DNA of 64,000 nucleotides, from IMG/VR virus record IMGVR_UViG_3300042260_000241; one strand, 5' to 3'. Below the pieces are notes generated by a model. The model was not told where the DNA came from. It did no database searches and saw nothing but the letters and a program-made list of their open reading frames with translations. The stretch is from a virus. Taxonomy: Duplodnaviria; Heunggongvirae; Uroviricota; Caudoviricetes. Each line of letters starts with the position of its first letter. The stretch's first letter is position 1. A program made the translations under genes and the position numbers. Shown here one piece after another: positions 55,706-64,000 of this stretch.

Positions 55706-56293
55706 ATGGCTGTTATAGTTAAAGGCGATAGAATTACATTTCCAAGCGGTGATCAAACCGATCCAGGTATTGGAATTAATACTTTAAAGGCGATGGTAAC
55801 AAACCAATCGGCAACTCATGGTGCCGTTGCGTGGGGATCCCATTATAACTGGGATAGACGTCAAGAAGCACAAAACGTGCGCGGTAGATATTACGTCTCG
55901 AGATCAAACTATGCTGGAAGTGGTATTCAGTTAGCTGACGGGTATGGTAACATTTATTATAGTAATGGATACACGACTACGATTGGTAATGACACTGTAA
56001 CCTTTGCAAATAACACGGGTTATGCGCTAAAGGTTAACGTTAGAGCATGGGCTGGCAGATGGACTGATGATACGGAATATCATTCAGTATGGCGTGGTGG
56101 TTCTATTTCAAATAACTATACGCATTCGGGTGGTACACAGATTATTAGTACTAACTCTAACGATACTACATATGTAGATACCATTCCAGCAAATACATCA
56201 TATACATATTATCATTATTGTGGACTTCCTGGTGGTAGTGGTGGTGACCAACTTAACGCATATTTCACTGTTAGTTTTAACACATGGGTATAA
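55706..56293 (+). CDS. hypothetical protein
   Basis: ORF. Confidence 0.4.
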   Translation: MAVIVKGDRITFPSGDQTDPGIGINTLKAMVTNQSATHGAVAWGSHYNWDRRQEAQNVRGRYYVSRSNYAGSGIQLADGYGNIYYSNGYTTTIGNDTVTFANNTGYALKVNVRAWAGRWTDDTEYHSVWRGGSISNNYTHSGGTQIISTNSNDTTYVDTIPANTSYTYYHYCGLPGGSGGDQLNAYFTVSFNTWV

Positions 56294-56308
56294 TATAAAC
56301 TTTTCATT

Positions 56309-56920
56309 ATGAAAATTGAAGAAATAGATTATTCGAAAATAAGTGCATATATTCCTGAGGTTTTACAAGCGTTCAACGGCAAACAAGCTTTGAACGCTTG
56401 TTCGCTAGAAGAATTTAGAGATGCATTTAGAGTTAACCAAATGCAGTGTAAAGCATGGTTATTAGACAATATACACTTCGTAAACAAAGAATCCAAGGTG
56501 TTGGTCATAGGATCATGGCTAGGTTTCACCTCGTATTGTCTTTATAAAATGGGATTTAACAATATAAGTGAGACAGATCCAGACGATAGACTTGAAGTTA
56601 TTGCTAATGCAATAAATTGTGTCAATGAAAATTTTATTCATCTGAATGAAGATGTAAATCATATTGATATTAGCCAATACGATTTAGTCATAAACACTTC
56701 ATGTGAGCATATTGAAGATAATACTTGGTTCTCTTTAATAAAACCAGGTGCAGTAGTAGTTCTTCAATCTACAAATTTTAAATGTGATGATCATGTAAAT
56801 ACTGTTGAAAGTATAGATGAGATGAAACACTTATATAAGATGAAAACCGTTTATGAAGATGAACTTAAGTTGAATGATATTTTCACACGATATATGCTAA
56901 TTGGTATTAAAGATGTATGA
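56309..56920 (+). CDS. hypothetical protein (possible class I SAM-methyltransferase-like fold)
   Basis: VLVIGSWLGFTSY is glycine-rich-loop-like. This is the first gene of the low-GC island. Confidence 0.3.
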   Translation: MKIEEIDYSKISAYIPEVLQAFNGKQALNACSLEEFRDAFRVNQMQCKAWLLDNIHFVNKESKVLVIGSWLGFTSYCLYKMGFNNISETDPDDRLEVIANAINCVNENFIHLNEDVNHIDISQYDLVINTSCEHIEDNTWFSLIKPGAVVVLQSTNFKCDDHVNTVESIDEMKHLYKMKTVYEDELKLNDIFTRYMLIGIKDV

Positions 56921-57560
56921 TATCTTTTTCATCTGTTACAATGAAAGTAACAGAATTGAGAATTGGAATAGAGTTGTAGAATTACACCCCAACGCAAAAA
57001 TGGTGTATGGCGTCACTGATATTGCAAAGGCTCATCTAAGATGTAATGAACTTTGTACAACTGAAAGATTCTGGACAATCGATGGAGATAATTGGTTGTT
57101 AGACAGTCTTGATGTTGATGAGTATGAAGAAGATCTTATATTCTTTGATGCAATAGATCCGATAGACAATTACGTTTCTACAATTGGTGGTGTTAAATTA
57201 TGGAAGAAAAATAGTTTCATTAACACTACAATGGATAAAGGTGATTTTTGCAAATTTGCAACAAAGACATATAAAGTAATTCACAAATCATTATCAATTC
57301 ACAGATATGACAATACTCCAGAAGAAGCGTGGAGACATACTTTTAGACATATTGTAAAGTCGTTAACTGGAATTATTAGTAAAGAAGTTTTAGAAGACAA
57401 TTTAAATCGTGCAAAAGAACACGAGCATCTAAATTCCCACAGTTATCGTGGATACTTAGATGCTCTTGAATATGTTAAAGAGTGCGGCGGTGATTTTACT
57501 AAGATAAATTTAATAAATGATTATGATTGGTTATCATTAAAATGCGCCAAGAAGGTGTAA
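56901..57560 (+). CDS. hypothetical protein
   Basis: ORF. Confidence 0.4.
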   Translation: MVLKMYDIFFICYNESNRIENWNRVVELHPNAKMVYGVTDIAKAHLRCNELCTTERFWTIDGDNWLLDSLDVDEYEEDLIFFDAIDPIDNYVSTIGGVKLWKKNSFINTTMDKGDFCKFATKTYKVIHKSLSIHRYDNTPEEAWRHTFRHIVKSLTGIISKEVLEDNLNRAKEHEHLNSHSYRGYLDALEYVKECGGDFTKINLINDYDWLSLKCAKKV

Positions 57561-58016
57561 TCTCCATTCCGTAGAACAATTCATTGCAGAATGTGTTTCT
57601 CTAGTATCTACTTTGTACGCATTTCCAACTGGCATTTCGAATAAACCGTGATCTTTAAATACAAAGAAACATTGTTCATTTGTCACTAATGGAATATGTA
57701 ATCTTGGTGAATCATCTCTATGCATCGAATAACATGATCTTGGTTTTAGCCACATTAGACGAGTACGTTTAAGACCAAACTCATTTATGATTTCTTCGAA
57801 TATGCTATTTTTGAAGAATGGATTGAGAATACATTTAGACCAATCGTCAGATGGTTTCATTCTTCCAACAGCATCTGACCATGGATCGTTATTTAAATAT
57901 TGTAATCCCGCTTGCCTACCATTAGGATATTCAGTCCACTGAATATCCTTTTCTACATTTGTATATGCATTCAAAAGTGTAGAATGATCTACACTGCCCA
58001 TAATTTTAAAAATCAT
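57537..58016 (-). CDS. cupin/AspH-like 2OG-Fe(II) oxygenase (paralog 1)
   Basis: MHRDDSP gives HxD and THSAMN gives the distal His. Confidence 0.45.
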   Translation of the reverse strand: MIFKIMGSVDHSTLLNAYTNVEKDIQWTEYPNGRQAGLQYLNNDPWSDAVGRMKPSDDWSKCILNPFFKNSIFEEIINEFGLKRTRLMWLKPRSCYSMHRDDSPRLHIPLVTNEQCFFVFKDHGLFEMPVGNAYKVDTRETHSAMNCSTEWRLHLLGAF

Positions 58017-58017
58017 A

Positions 58018-58551
58018 TTATTCTTCGACTATAGTTGCAGTTATTTGAGTCAAATCGTCGTTTTCAATTATAGAATTCCATAAAACATTAATTGGCACAT
58101 TTATAACTAATGCCATCACCGGTTCTTTAACATGTGTAGAACTTATAGAAGACGTATCAATTGCAATAGGTTGATCAATTACAATTTCTTCTTTAACATA
58201 TAGTGCTTTTAACAATTGTTGATCAGCATCTTTGGATGGCACGTCAGCAAAATCATATGTTTTTAGTATCATTTGTGGTGTTTCAACAAGTGGAAGCATG
58301 ACGAGTGCACTATTTTGTTCCATTATATGAGGAGCAGATGATGCAACCAGTTCTACCAGATAGATAGAATCTACAACCTTTGGCACAAATGGCAACTGAT
58401 CTAACACATGATTAATTGCAGGGTTTGATAGATCTAATTCATTTAAACTTGCTTTTTGTATATAATTTTTTATTGATTTTTCTTTACTAATATATAAATC
58501 TATCAATGCCTGTTTATCGTAATCGATATTGACACGTTTATATCCTGACAT
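58018..58551 (-). CDS. hypothetical protein
   Basis: ORF. Confidence 0.4.
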   Translation of the reverse strand: MSGYKRVNIDYDKQALIDLYISKEKSIKNYIQKASLNELDLSNPAINHVLDQLPFVPKVVDSIYLVELVASSAPHIMEQNSALVMLPLVETPQMILKTYDFADVPSKDADQQLLKALYVKEEIVIDQPIAIDTSSISSTHVKEPVMALVINVPINVLWNSIIENDDLTQITATIVEE

Positions 58552-58593
58552 GGCAAATTCCTTTCGGTTAACTTAATTCTATATTTATAACAC

Positions 58594-59193
58594 ATGAACA
58601 ACTACATAAAACCTCTAAAATTAGACTTAGACTACGAATATTTGCTAAATTTAGCGTTAAATACTCTTTCTAAAAATACCATTTCTGGTACATACGACAT
58701 TAAAGGAATTGCAAAATGTGAAGATGATATATATTTAACATCTATAAGAAATATTTTTCCCTGTCTTAGTCCGCAATTTACAATTTTAAGATACAAACAA
58801 AATCAAGGTCTTCCAGTTCATATTGATAAAGCTAGAAATTGTACATTAAATATTCCACTAGCGAACTGTGAAAATACTATAACTACATTTTATGAAAATA
58901 TTGACTCTCGTGAATATGATATAAGTGATCATCCTGCTGGAAAAAGTGGTAACATTATAGTTATAAAAAATAAATTGGATGAAGTATTTAATTTTACTAT
59001 GATAACACCCGTATTATTTAATACATCTATACCGCATAGTGTTATGAACTATGGTGAAAAAGAAAGAATTATGTTAACTTGGCCTCTAACACTGAATTAT
59101 ATGTTTGAAACTGCAATTGATATATTTAATGACGATGCTGCAAGTGCTTTAACACCTTTGAAACATTCTCTGAATTCATCGGTACATTCATGA
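58594..59193 (+). CDS. cupin/AspH-like 2OG-Fe(II) oxygenase (paralog 2)
   Basis: VHIDKA gives HxD and PHSVMN the distal His. Confidence 0.45.
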   Translation: MNNYIKPLKLDLDYEYLLNLALNTLSKNTISGTYDIKGIAKCEDDIYLTSIRNIFPCLSPQFTILRYKQNQGLPVHIDKARNCTLNIPLANCENTITTFYENIDSREYDISDHPAGKSGNIIVIKNKLDEVFNFTMITPVLFNTSIPHSVMNYGEKERIMLTWPLTLNYMFETAIDIFNDDAASALTPLKHSLNSSVHS

Positions 59194-59839
59194 TTAAATG
59201 AATACTATCTGATGTCCAACTTATAGTTCTATGAGTTTTACGTGTATTTACGTAGTAAACTCTACCCGGTTCTATTATGAGTTTCTTATCTGTTTCCATT
59301 ATCCAATCATATTGTAATGGTCCACAATTATTCAAAAATGCAACTAATCTGAATGAATTTCTTGGTATTGACGGATGATCTCTGTGCGGTAGAAAGTAAC
59401 CACCAACACCAGAATTAATTAAGAAAGTTCTTCCAAGTGGAGAAAACTCTTCTAAAACATTTGTTAAGCTATAACACGCATTATATACTTCCGTTGGTTG
59501 ATTAAACTCTAATTCTGTTACATGTCTACCAAGTTCTGCAATCGCTTGTGCTTGACTGGGATTATCTTTGTGAGTTTTTCCGGGAAGATTCGTTAAAGAT
59601 AATGCTTTCCTATTATTATGAATATGCGGTCTTGGTAAATAGTCAACCCATTCATTTTCAAACTTAGATATTTCATTCATAAATTGTGAAGTATCTATTT
59701 TAAAATCCAATGGTTCGCAATCACCTAGATTTAATAACGCTAATTCATTTGCAACAGTTTCTAAATTTACATTATTAGAATCGTATTGCACAGGGCGTTG
59801 ACTTATTTCGTTTGGTTGTACTATAGTATTTGTCATCAC
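59126..59839 (-). CDS. cupin/AspH-like 2OG-Fe(II) oxygenase (paralog 3)
   Basis: HRDHP gives HxD and THRTI the distal His. Confidence 0.45.
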   Translation of the reverse strand: MMTNTIVQPNEISQRPVQYDSNNVNLETVANELALLNLGDCEPLDFKIDTSQFMNEISKFENEWVDYLPRPHIHNNRKALSLTNLPGKTHKDNPSQAQAIAELGRHVTELEFNQPTEVYNACYSLTNVLEEFSPLGRTFLINSGVGGYFLPHRDHPSIPRNSFRLVAFLNNCGPLQYDWIMETDKKLIIEPGRVYYVNTRKTHRTISWTSDSIHLIMNVPMNSENVSKVLKHLQHRH

Positions 59840-60519
59840 ATTATTCCAGTATCAATTAAATCATTTTTATAAAAAGCCCAAGCTCTTTCGCAGCACTGCC
59901 AACAGATACCACATCTAGTTGTTTTTGATGCAGTACACGTATGGGTTATATTTGGTATATCCAATAAATTTAAATCTTTTATAAGCTTTACAGTATCTGC
60001 TTTACTATAATCCCAGAATACGTCAAGTATTCTTTTATGGTTTGCTTTTATACGTTTTGGTCCATTGTAAAAACTTCCATCTGCATCTATAAATCTATCA
60101 TATTCATAGTTTGGTAATAACTCTGGTGGATCTAAACTTTCAGGATTTTTTGTTATAGCAGTCAGTGCTAAATCAAATTCATATTTCTGAATTGCTTCTA
60201 TTACTCCAGATTTAACCTGAGAAGAGTGATGTCCATCGCCAGTTCCCACGAATATTATATCAGAGTCTTTTAGTCCAAAAGTCTTATCAATATAGTTTAC
60301 TATTCTTTTTGCATGTAATTCAGAATCATCGGGTCTTTTTACACAGAAGTATTTTATTTCAACGTCTACATTAAGTTTACGTTTTGTATCTTGTAATAAA
60401 TATGCTAATAGAGTCGAATCAATTCCACCCGATATGAAAACGCCTATTATTTTATGCGTTTTCACGATATCTTCTATAATTTTTAGTATCATGGTATAAT
60501 AATGAGAAATGAACAACAA
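59836..60519 (-). CDS. PP-loop ATPase (QueC/ExsB-like)
   Basis: VFISGGIDS matches the SGGxDS PP-loop. A C-terminal Cys cluster CGICWQCC is present. Confidence 0.5.
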   Translation of the reverse strand: MLFISHYYTMILKIIEDIVKTHKIIGVFISGGIDSTLLAYLLQDTKRKLNVDVEIKYFCVKRPDDSELHAKRIVNYIDKTFGLKDSDIIFVGTGDGHHSSQVKSGVIEAIQKYEFDLALTAITKNPESLDPPELLPNYEYDRFIDADGSFYNGPKRIKANHKRILDVFWDYSKADTVKLIKDLNLLDIPNITHTCTASKTTRCGICWQCCERAWAFYKNDLIDTGIM

Positions 60520-61266
60520 ATTTGTAATATAAAAAGTAGGATTAGCGATCCATATGCTATTTCTGACTTTTTATCTAATGATGATATACAACATTTAATA
60601 GAACTTTATAAATCATATCATGTTAAAGTTCACAAAAATACAGGACCAATTGTACTTGACTTGAATCATGTATTTGACGATCACGTAATTTCAAAAATTC
60701 TTCATAAGATACAGAACGAAATTGGACTATATGAAATAACTTCTGCGTTTTTCTTTGAAACGACATACCCGCACGTTATCCATAATGATGATTTAATTCA
60801 GTTACCTAATGGTATATATAAGGCTATTACAATTCCATTAGAGATTAAACGTGAATACGAATCAAATGATTTTCCAAAGTTATGTTTCTTTGATCAGTTT
60901 TATTTTCACGGTCCATCTAAGTTTTTTAAAAATAGTGAAAATGATAATATCAAAGTTCATTATAATAAAAGTGTTTATGATTATAGTCAAATAGATGGCA
61001 TCTTAAACGATAATGTGATAAATGACGATACATACCAAAAGCTTTTTACACATATAAAACCAAAATGGTTAGAAGGTCTTAGTTTACATTCAACATTAGA
61101 ATGGAAACCAACAACAGCTTTGATATTTGATAGCACTAGATTGCATGCGGCAAGTGATTTTAGAAAACTTGGAATAACATCTAAGATGGCTATAAGTGTT
61201 TTTACTACTATATCATCAGAAGAAAAGATAAAATATATTGATTTAAAAGAGGTGCAAGATGTTTGA
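60502..61266 (+). CDS. hypothetical protein (possible fourth cupin oxygenase)
   Basis: HVIHNDD ... RLHAASDF. Confidence 0.3.
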   Translation: MRNEQQICNIKSRISDPYAISDFLSNDDIQHLIELYKSYHVKVHKNTGPIVLDLNHVFDDHVISKILHKIQNEIGLYEITSAFFFETTYPHVIHNDDLIQLPNGIYKAITIPLEIKREYESNDFPKLCFFDQFYFHGPSKFFKNSENDNIKVHYNKSVYDYSQIDGILNDNVINDDTYQKLFTHIKPKWLEGLSLHSTLEWKPTTALIFDSTRLHAASDFRKLGITSKMAISVFTTISSEEKIKYIDLKEVQDV

Positions 61267-61972
61267 ATGGACTTTTAGAAAAGCAGCAATATTCCAAATT
61301 GGCATGACACTAAGTTTACCAATTGCGTTTATGTATTTAGATGTAAGTTGGTTGGTGCTGTCTTTATTTGTTTTTTGGAGTTTTTCTTTAGCAACTACTG
61401 TAGGTTTACATAGACTTTTTGTTCATAATACATATAAGACTTCAAGATTTTGGCATTGGGTTTTAGGTTTAACAAGTTGTTTATCTATGACATCTAGTCC
61501 TATACAGTGGGCTGTTGCGCATTACACACATCACAAATATAGTGATACTGATAAAGATCCTCATAATGCAAGTCTTGCGCGAATATTTGGCATTGCGTAT
61601 TTTTCAAATGCAAATTACGATTTTACTAGAGCTAGAAGACTTATGAAAGATAATATGCATCGCTTCTTATTTAAATATTATTTGTTAATTCCTATCGTTT
61701 GGACTACAACATGGTATTTGATAGGCGGAGTTTCTGCTGCATATTTTTCATGGGCATTTCCAGCTGTGATATATATGTGGGCAAGTGCAATACATACAAG
61801 ATTATCACACCAAAATAAAAGAGCAGTAAATATGCATCCATTGTTTGTGTTATTGTTTCTTGGTGAACATTTGCATAGAGATCACCATGATACTCCAAAT
61901 TTGCAAAATTACGCAACTGAAAAAGGACAGATTGATCCTGGATATTGGTTAATAAAGTTGATTAGACAATGA
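61259..61972 (+). CDS. membrane fatty-acid desaturase/hydroxylase-like di-iron protein
   Basis: Histidine boxes HRLFVH, HYTHHKY and HRDHHD, plus predicted transmembrane helices. Confidence 0.55.
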   Translation: MFEWTFRKAAIFQIGMTLSLPIAFMYLDVSWLVLSLFVFWSFSLATTVGLHRLFVHNTYKTSRFWHWVLGLTSCLSMTSSPIQWAVAHYTHHKYSDTDKDPHNASLARIFGIAYFSNANYDFTRARRLMKDNMHRFLFKYYLLIPIVWTTTWYLIGGVSAAYFSWAFPAVIYMWASAIHTRLSHQNKRAVNMHPLFVLLFLGEHLHRDHHDTPNLQNYATEKGQIDPGYWLIKLIRQ

Positions 61973-62688
61973 CAAGAGTTAAATTGACAGTAGGATGGTT
62001 TTTGTTTTCTTTGATAACATTTCCATTTTTAGCATATTATAATTTTGATCCAGCATTAGCAATACTGGGTGTGTTGTGGGCGTGGCTAGTATTGATTATT
62101 GGTCAAGTTTTAGCAGCACACCGATATTTTGTTCATACGTCATTTGAAGCAAATTGGTTTCAACAGTTTATTATGAATTTCATGTTAACTATTGGATTTC
62201 AGGGTACTTCACAGGATTGGATAATATCACACAGTTATCACCACAAACATTCAGATACTGATATTGATCCAACTAATATTAAAGTGATAGGATTTTTCAA
62301 GAATTATACTAGTCTTTGGCAATTACATTCGCCAGTTGATGCAGGTGGAATACGATTAAGTCTTAGAAGTTTGCAAAATCCATTAACTAAATTTTTTCAT
62401 AATAACTATTATGTCATTTGGATATGCTGGGCTTTATGTTTAAATCTAATATCGTTTGAAGTGTTTGTATGGTTTTTCTTTTTGCCAGTCATATTTAGTC
62501 ATTGTTTTATGAATTTGCAAAATCATTTAGGTCATAGATCTAATGTAAGTTATGTTATTAATACTTTAGCGCCCGGAGATGGTTATCATAGGTATCATCA
62601 TGAAAATCCAAGAGAATATAAATTCGGTGAGTATGATATGATTGCTTTTTTGATAAAACATCTTTTTAAATCAAAGGGTGTACATTAA
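61969..62688 (+). CDS. membrane fatty-acid desaturase/hydroxylase-like di-iron protein (tandem paralog)
   Basis: Histidine boxes HRYFVH, SHSYHHKH and HRYHHEN. Confidence 0.55.
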   Translation: MTRVKLTVGWFLFSLITFPFLAYYNFDPALAILGVLWAWLVLIIGQVLAAHRYFVHTSFEANWFQQFIMNFMLTIGFQGTSQDWIISHSYHHKHSDTDIDPTNIKVIGFFKNYTSLWQLHSPVDAGGIRLSLRSLQNPLTKFFHNNYYVIWICWALCLNLISFEVFVWFFFLPVIFSHCFMNLQNHLGHRSNVSYVINTLAPGDGYHRYHHENPREYKFGEYDMIAFLIKHLFKSKGVH

Positions 62689-62715
62689 ATCGCATTTGGT
62701 TTATAATATAAAGAA

Positions 62716-62779
62716 TTGTTGTAATCCCTTCAAAGCGAAGGACTTCTGGACGCGGGTTCGACTCCCGCCATCTCCACCA
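62716..62779 (+). ncRNA. ssrA: tmRNA (ssrA) acceptor piece of a circularly permuted two-piece tmRNA
   Basis: T-arm gcgggTTCGACTcccgc, then acceptor 3' strand catctcc, discriminator A and CCA. The 5' partner ggggatg is encoded about 90 nt downstream. Confidence 0.55.
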
Positions 62780-62867
62780 AAAGCACATACATCGCTTGTC
62801 ACTTGAAACACTGCGATGGTACAGATGATAGTAGTGAAGTAATATCTGCTTAATGTGTGCTTTTGAT

Positions 62868-63035
62868 GGGGATGCCATGGTTTCGACAGAGGTAGATAGT
62901 AGAGACGGCAGCACGAGAGTTGACCGACGTAATCGGCAAAATCAAAGTAAACGCAAACGATGAAGTTTACGCATTGGCAGCTTAATCGCTGACTAGGGTT
63001 CGATGGGTTCCTCGTAACAGAATACCCATCCTTTA
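62868..63035 (+). ncRNA. ssrA: tmRNA (ssrA) coding piece
   Basis: The 5' end GGGGATGCCATGGTTTCGACAGAGG matches the tmRNA GGGG..GG.TTCGAC signature. The tag reading frame ends ...GCAAACGATGAAGTTTACGCATTGGCAGCTTAA, encoding ANDEVYALAA followed by a stop codon. Confidence 0.6.
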
Positions 63036-63050
63036 ACCAAAGGATCTATT

Positions 63051-63620
63051 ATGAAAAGAAATATAGCAGCAGCTATTCTTCTTGTGGTGGTAGTAATCAC
63101 TGGAGCAGTTTATTTTAAAGAGGTTGCACACCGCAAGGCAGAAGCCGCAAAACAAGTAGCACTAGAAGTCCAGCAAGAAATCAATAAAGCGCTACAAAAA
63201 GAAATTGAGCGTAAAGAAGCAAAGATGTCTAGAGACCTACATTGCTTGGCTCACAATATATACTTCGAAGCCGGAGGCGAATCCTATGAAGGAAAGGTTG
63301 CAGTGGCTCAAGTAACAGTTAACCGTAAAGAAGCAAAAGGCTTCCCGAATCGGGTTTGTGATGTTGTACATCAAAGTGCAGTGTTTGAAGATGGGTCGAA
63401 GGTATGTCAGTTTTCATGGACGTGCGATGACAGACGACAACCAAGTAGACAATTATACAAAGAATGTTATGAGATCGCCAAAAAGGTATTGATCGAAGGC
63501 AAGAGATTGCCTATAATAGGTAAAGCGTTATTCTTCCACAATGACACAGTTAGACCATCGTGGGCACATAAGAAAAGGCTAATTGCTAAAATCGGTAATC
63601 ATTCATTCTATGGAGTATAA
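63051..63620 (+). CDS. SleB/CwlJ-like cell-wall hydrolase with an N-terminal membrane anchor
   Basis: CLAHNIYFEA...VAVAQVTVNR...VCDVVHQ...QFSW are Hydrolase_2-family motifs. Confidence 0.65.
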   Translation: MKRNIAAAILLVVVVITGAVYFKEVAHRKAEAAKQVALEVQQEINKALQKEIERKEAKMSRDLHCLAHNIYFEAGGESYEGKVAVAQVTVNRKEAKGFPNRVCDVVHQSAVFEDGSKVCQFSWTCDDRRQPSRQLYKECYEIAKKVLIEGKRLPIIGKALFFHNDTVRPSWAHKKRLIAKIGNHSFYGV

Positions 63621-63899
63621 ATGTTGACAGTAGTCGATCCATTCGGAGAGATTGGTCTCACAGACGAGTTCGTTCTAACAAAACGATTTAGGTCTGCAAA
63701 TGAGTTTTCAATCTATATCGAAGAACAAGTGAAAGAAAAGAAATGTGGGTATATGGAAGCGATATTAAACTATTGCGACGAGAAGGACTTAGATCCTCAG
63801 AATATATCCTCATTGATCAGCCAGTCCCTAAAGGACAAGGTTAGAGTTGAAGCAGAAGAGCTAAACTATATTAAAAAACGAGCACAATTGCCGTTATGA
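63621..63899 (+). CDS. hypothetical protein
   Basis: ORF. Confidence 0.4.
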   Translation: MLTVVDPFGEIGLTDEFVLTKRFRSANEFSIYIEEQVKEKKCGYMEAILNYCDEKDLDPQNISSLISQSLKDKVRVEAEELNYIKKRAQLPL

Positions 63900-64000
63900 T
63901 AACACTATCTCCCTTTGACGTATACAAAATGTACTTAGCGTTTAAGCTACATTTTACAACAGATAATTATGATGCGATTGCTATGAAAGGCAGAGTCCGA

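Noticed and set aside
62666-62914. Minus-strand ORF of 82 aa.
   Set aside because: It overlaps the tmRNA acceptor and coding pieces and is antisense to a strongly structured RNA with tRNA-like motifs.
1-64000. CRISPR arrays, integrase or transposase genes, rRNA genes.
   Set aside because: No regularly spaced direct repeats with unique spacers were found, and no integrase or transposase motifs or rRNA-like sequence. The only repeat systems are the promoter and stem-loop modules and the ncRNA families described above.

Overview
This window looks like a T4-like myovirus (phage) replication and accessory region, about 40% GC, transcribed mostly on the + strand from many early-type promoters (TGTACA-N~18-TATAAT). 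From left to right it contains the features below.

- **Nucleotide-metabolism and replication block (3–13313):** a 5'-truncated nrdA, a 2OG-Fe(II) oxygenase-like gene, thioredoxin, nrdB, RNase H (rnh), ATP-dependent DNA ligase, a Toprim protein, a Cys-X5-Arg phosphatase and a P-loop kinase.
- **tRNA cluster (13737–23085):** roughly 38 tRNA or tRNA-like genes. Interleaved with them are an HNH and a GIY-YIG homing endonuclease, a GroES-like co-chaperonin, a metallophosphatase, a MazG-like protein, a small basic S21-like protein and an inverted, AT-rich radical-SAM gene.
- **Oxidative-stress and RNA-surveillance cassette:** rubrerythrin-like and rubredoxin genes next to a Ro60-like (TROVE + vWA) gene.
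- **Two secreted, mucin-like Ser/Thr-rich proteins** on the minus strand, overlapping each other.
- **NAD+ salvage pair:** NadV and NatV.
- **Hyperplastic region (about 32.0–40.99 kb):** more than 25 single small ORFs, each bracketed by a stem-loop plus early-promoter module resembling the PeSL (promoter-early stem-loop) elements of T4-like phages.
- **Other accessory genes:** two divergent AAA ATPases, one of them in a GC-rich codon-usage cassette; an SPFH lipoprotein; a DEDD exonuclease; a metallophosphoesterase; a HAD 5'-nucleotidase; PhoH; and a SleB-like cell-wall hydrolase.
- **Low-GC island (about 56.3–62.7 kb):** three to four cupin/AspH-like 2OG oxygenase paralogs, a PP-loop ATPase (QueC-like) and two membrane di-iron desaturase-like paralogs.

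Most interesting findings:
1. A family of five (possibly six) covarying-stem ncRNA elements (A–E at 14231–14352, 17058–17127, 18230–18296, 22671–22778 and 24481–24622). Their termini are conserved (agtttt-AGGATAG-gTTCAGCAA … aaaacaa-CTATCCT-gtt). Four sit inside the tRNA cluster, and element A carries a circularly permuted tRNA-like module. The fifth lies immediately upstream of the Ro60-like gene. Together they look like a phage-encoded Ro60 plus YrlA/Y-RNA-like system.
2. A second family of three long perfect-stem elements between tRNAs.
3. A phage-encoded, circularly permuted (two-piece) tmRNA with tag ...ANDEVYALAA (about 62716–63035).

All tRNA and ncRNA coordinates are hand-derived and may be off by a few bases.
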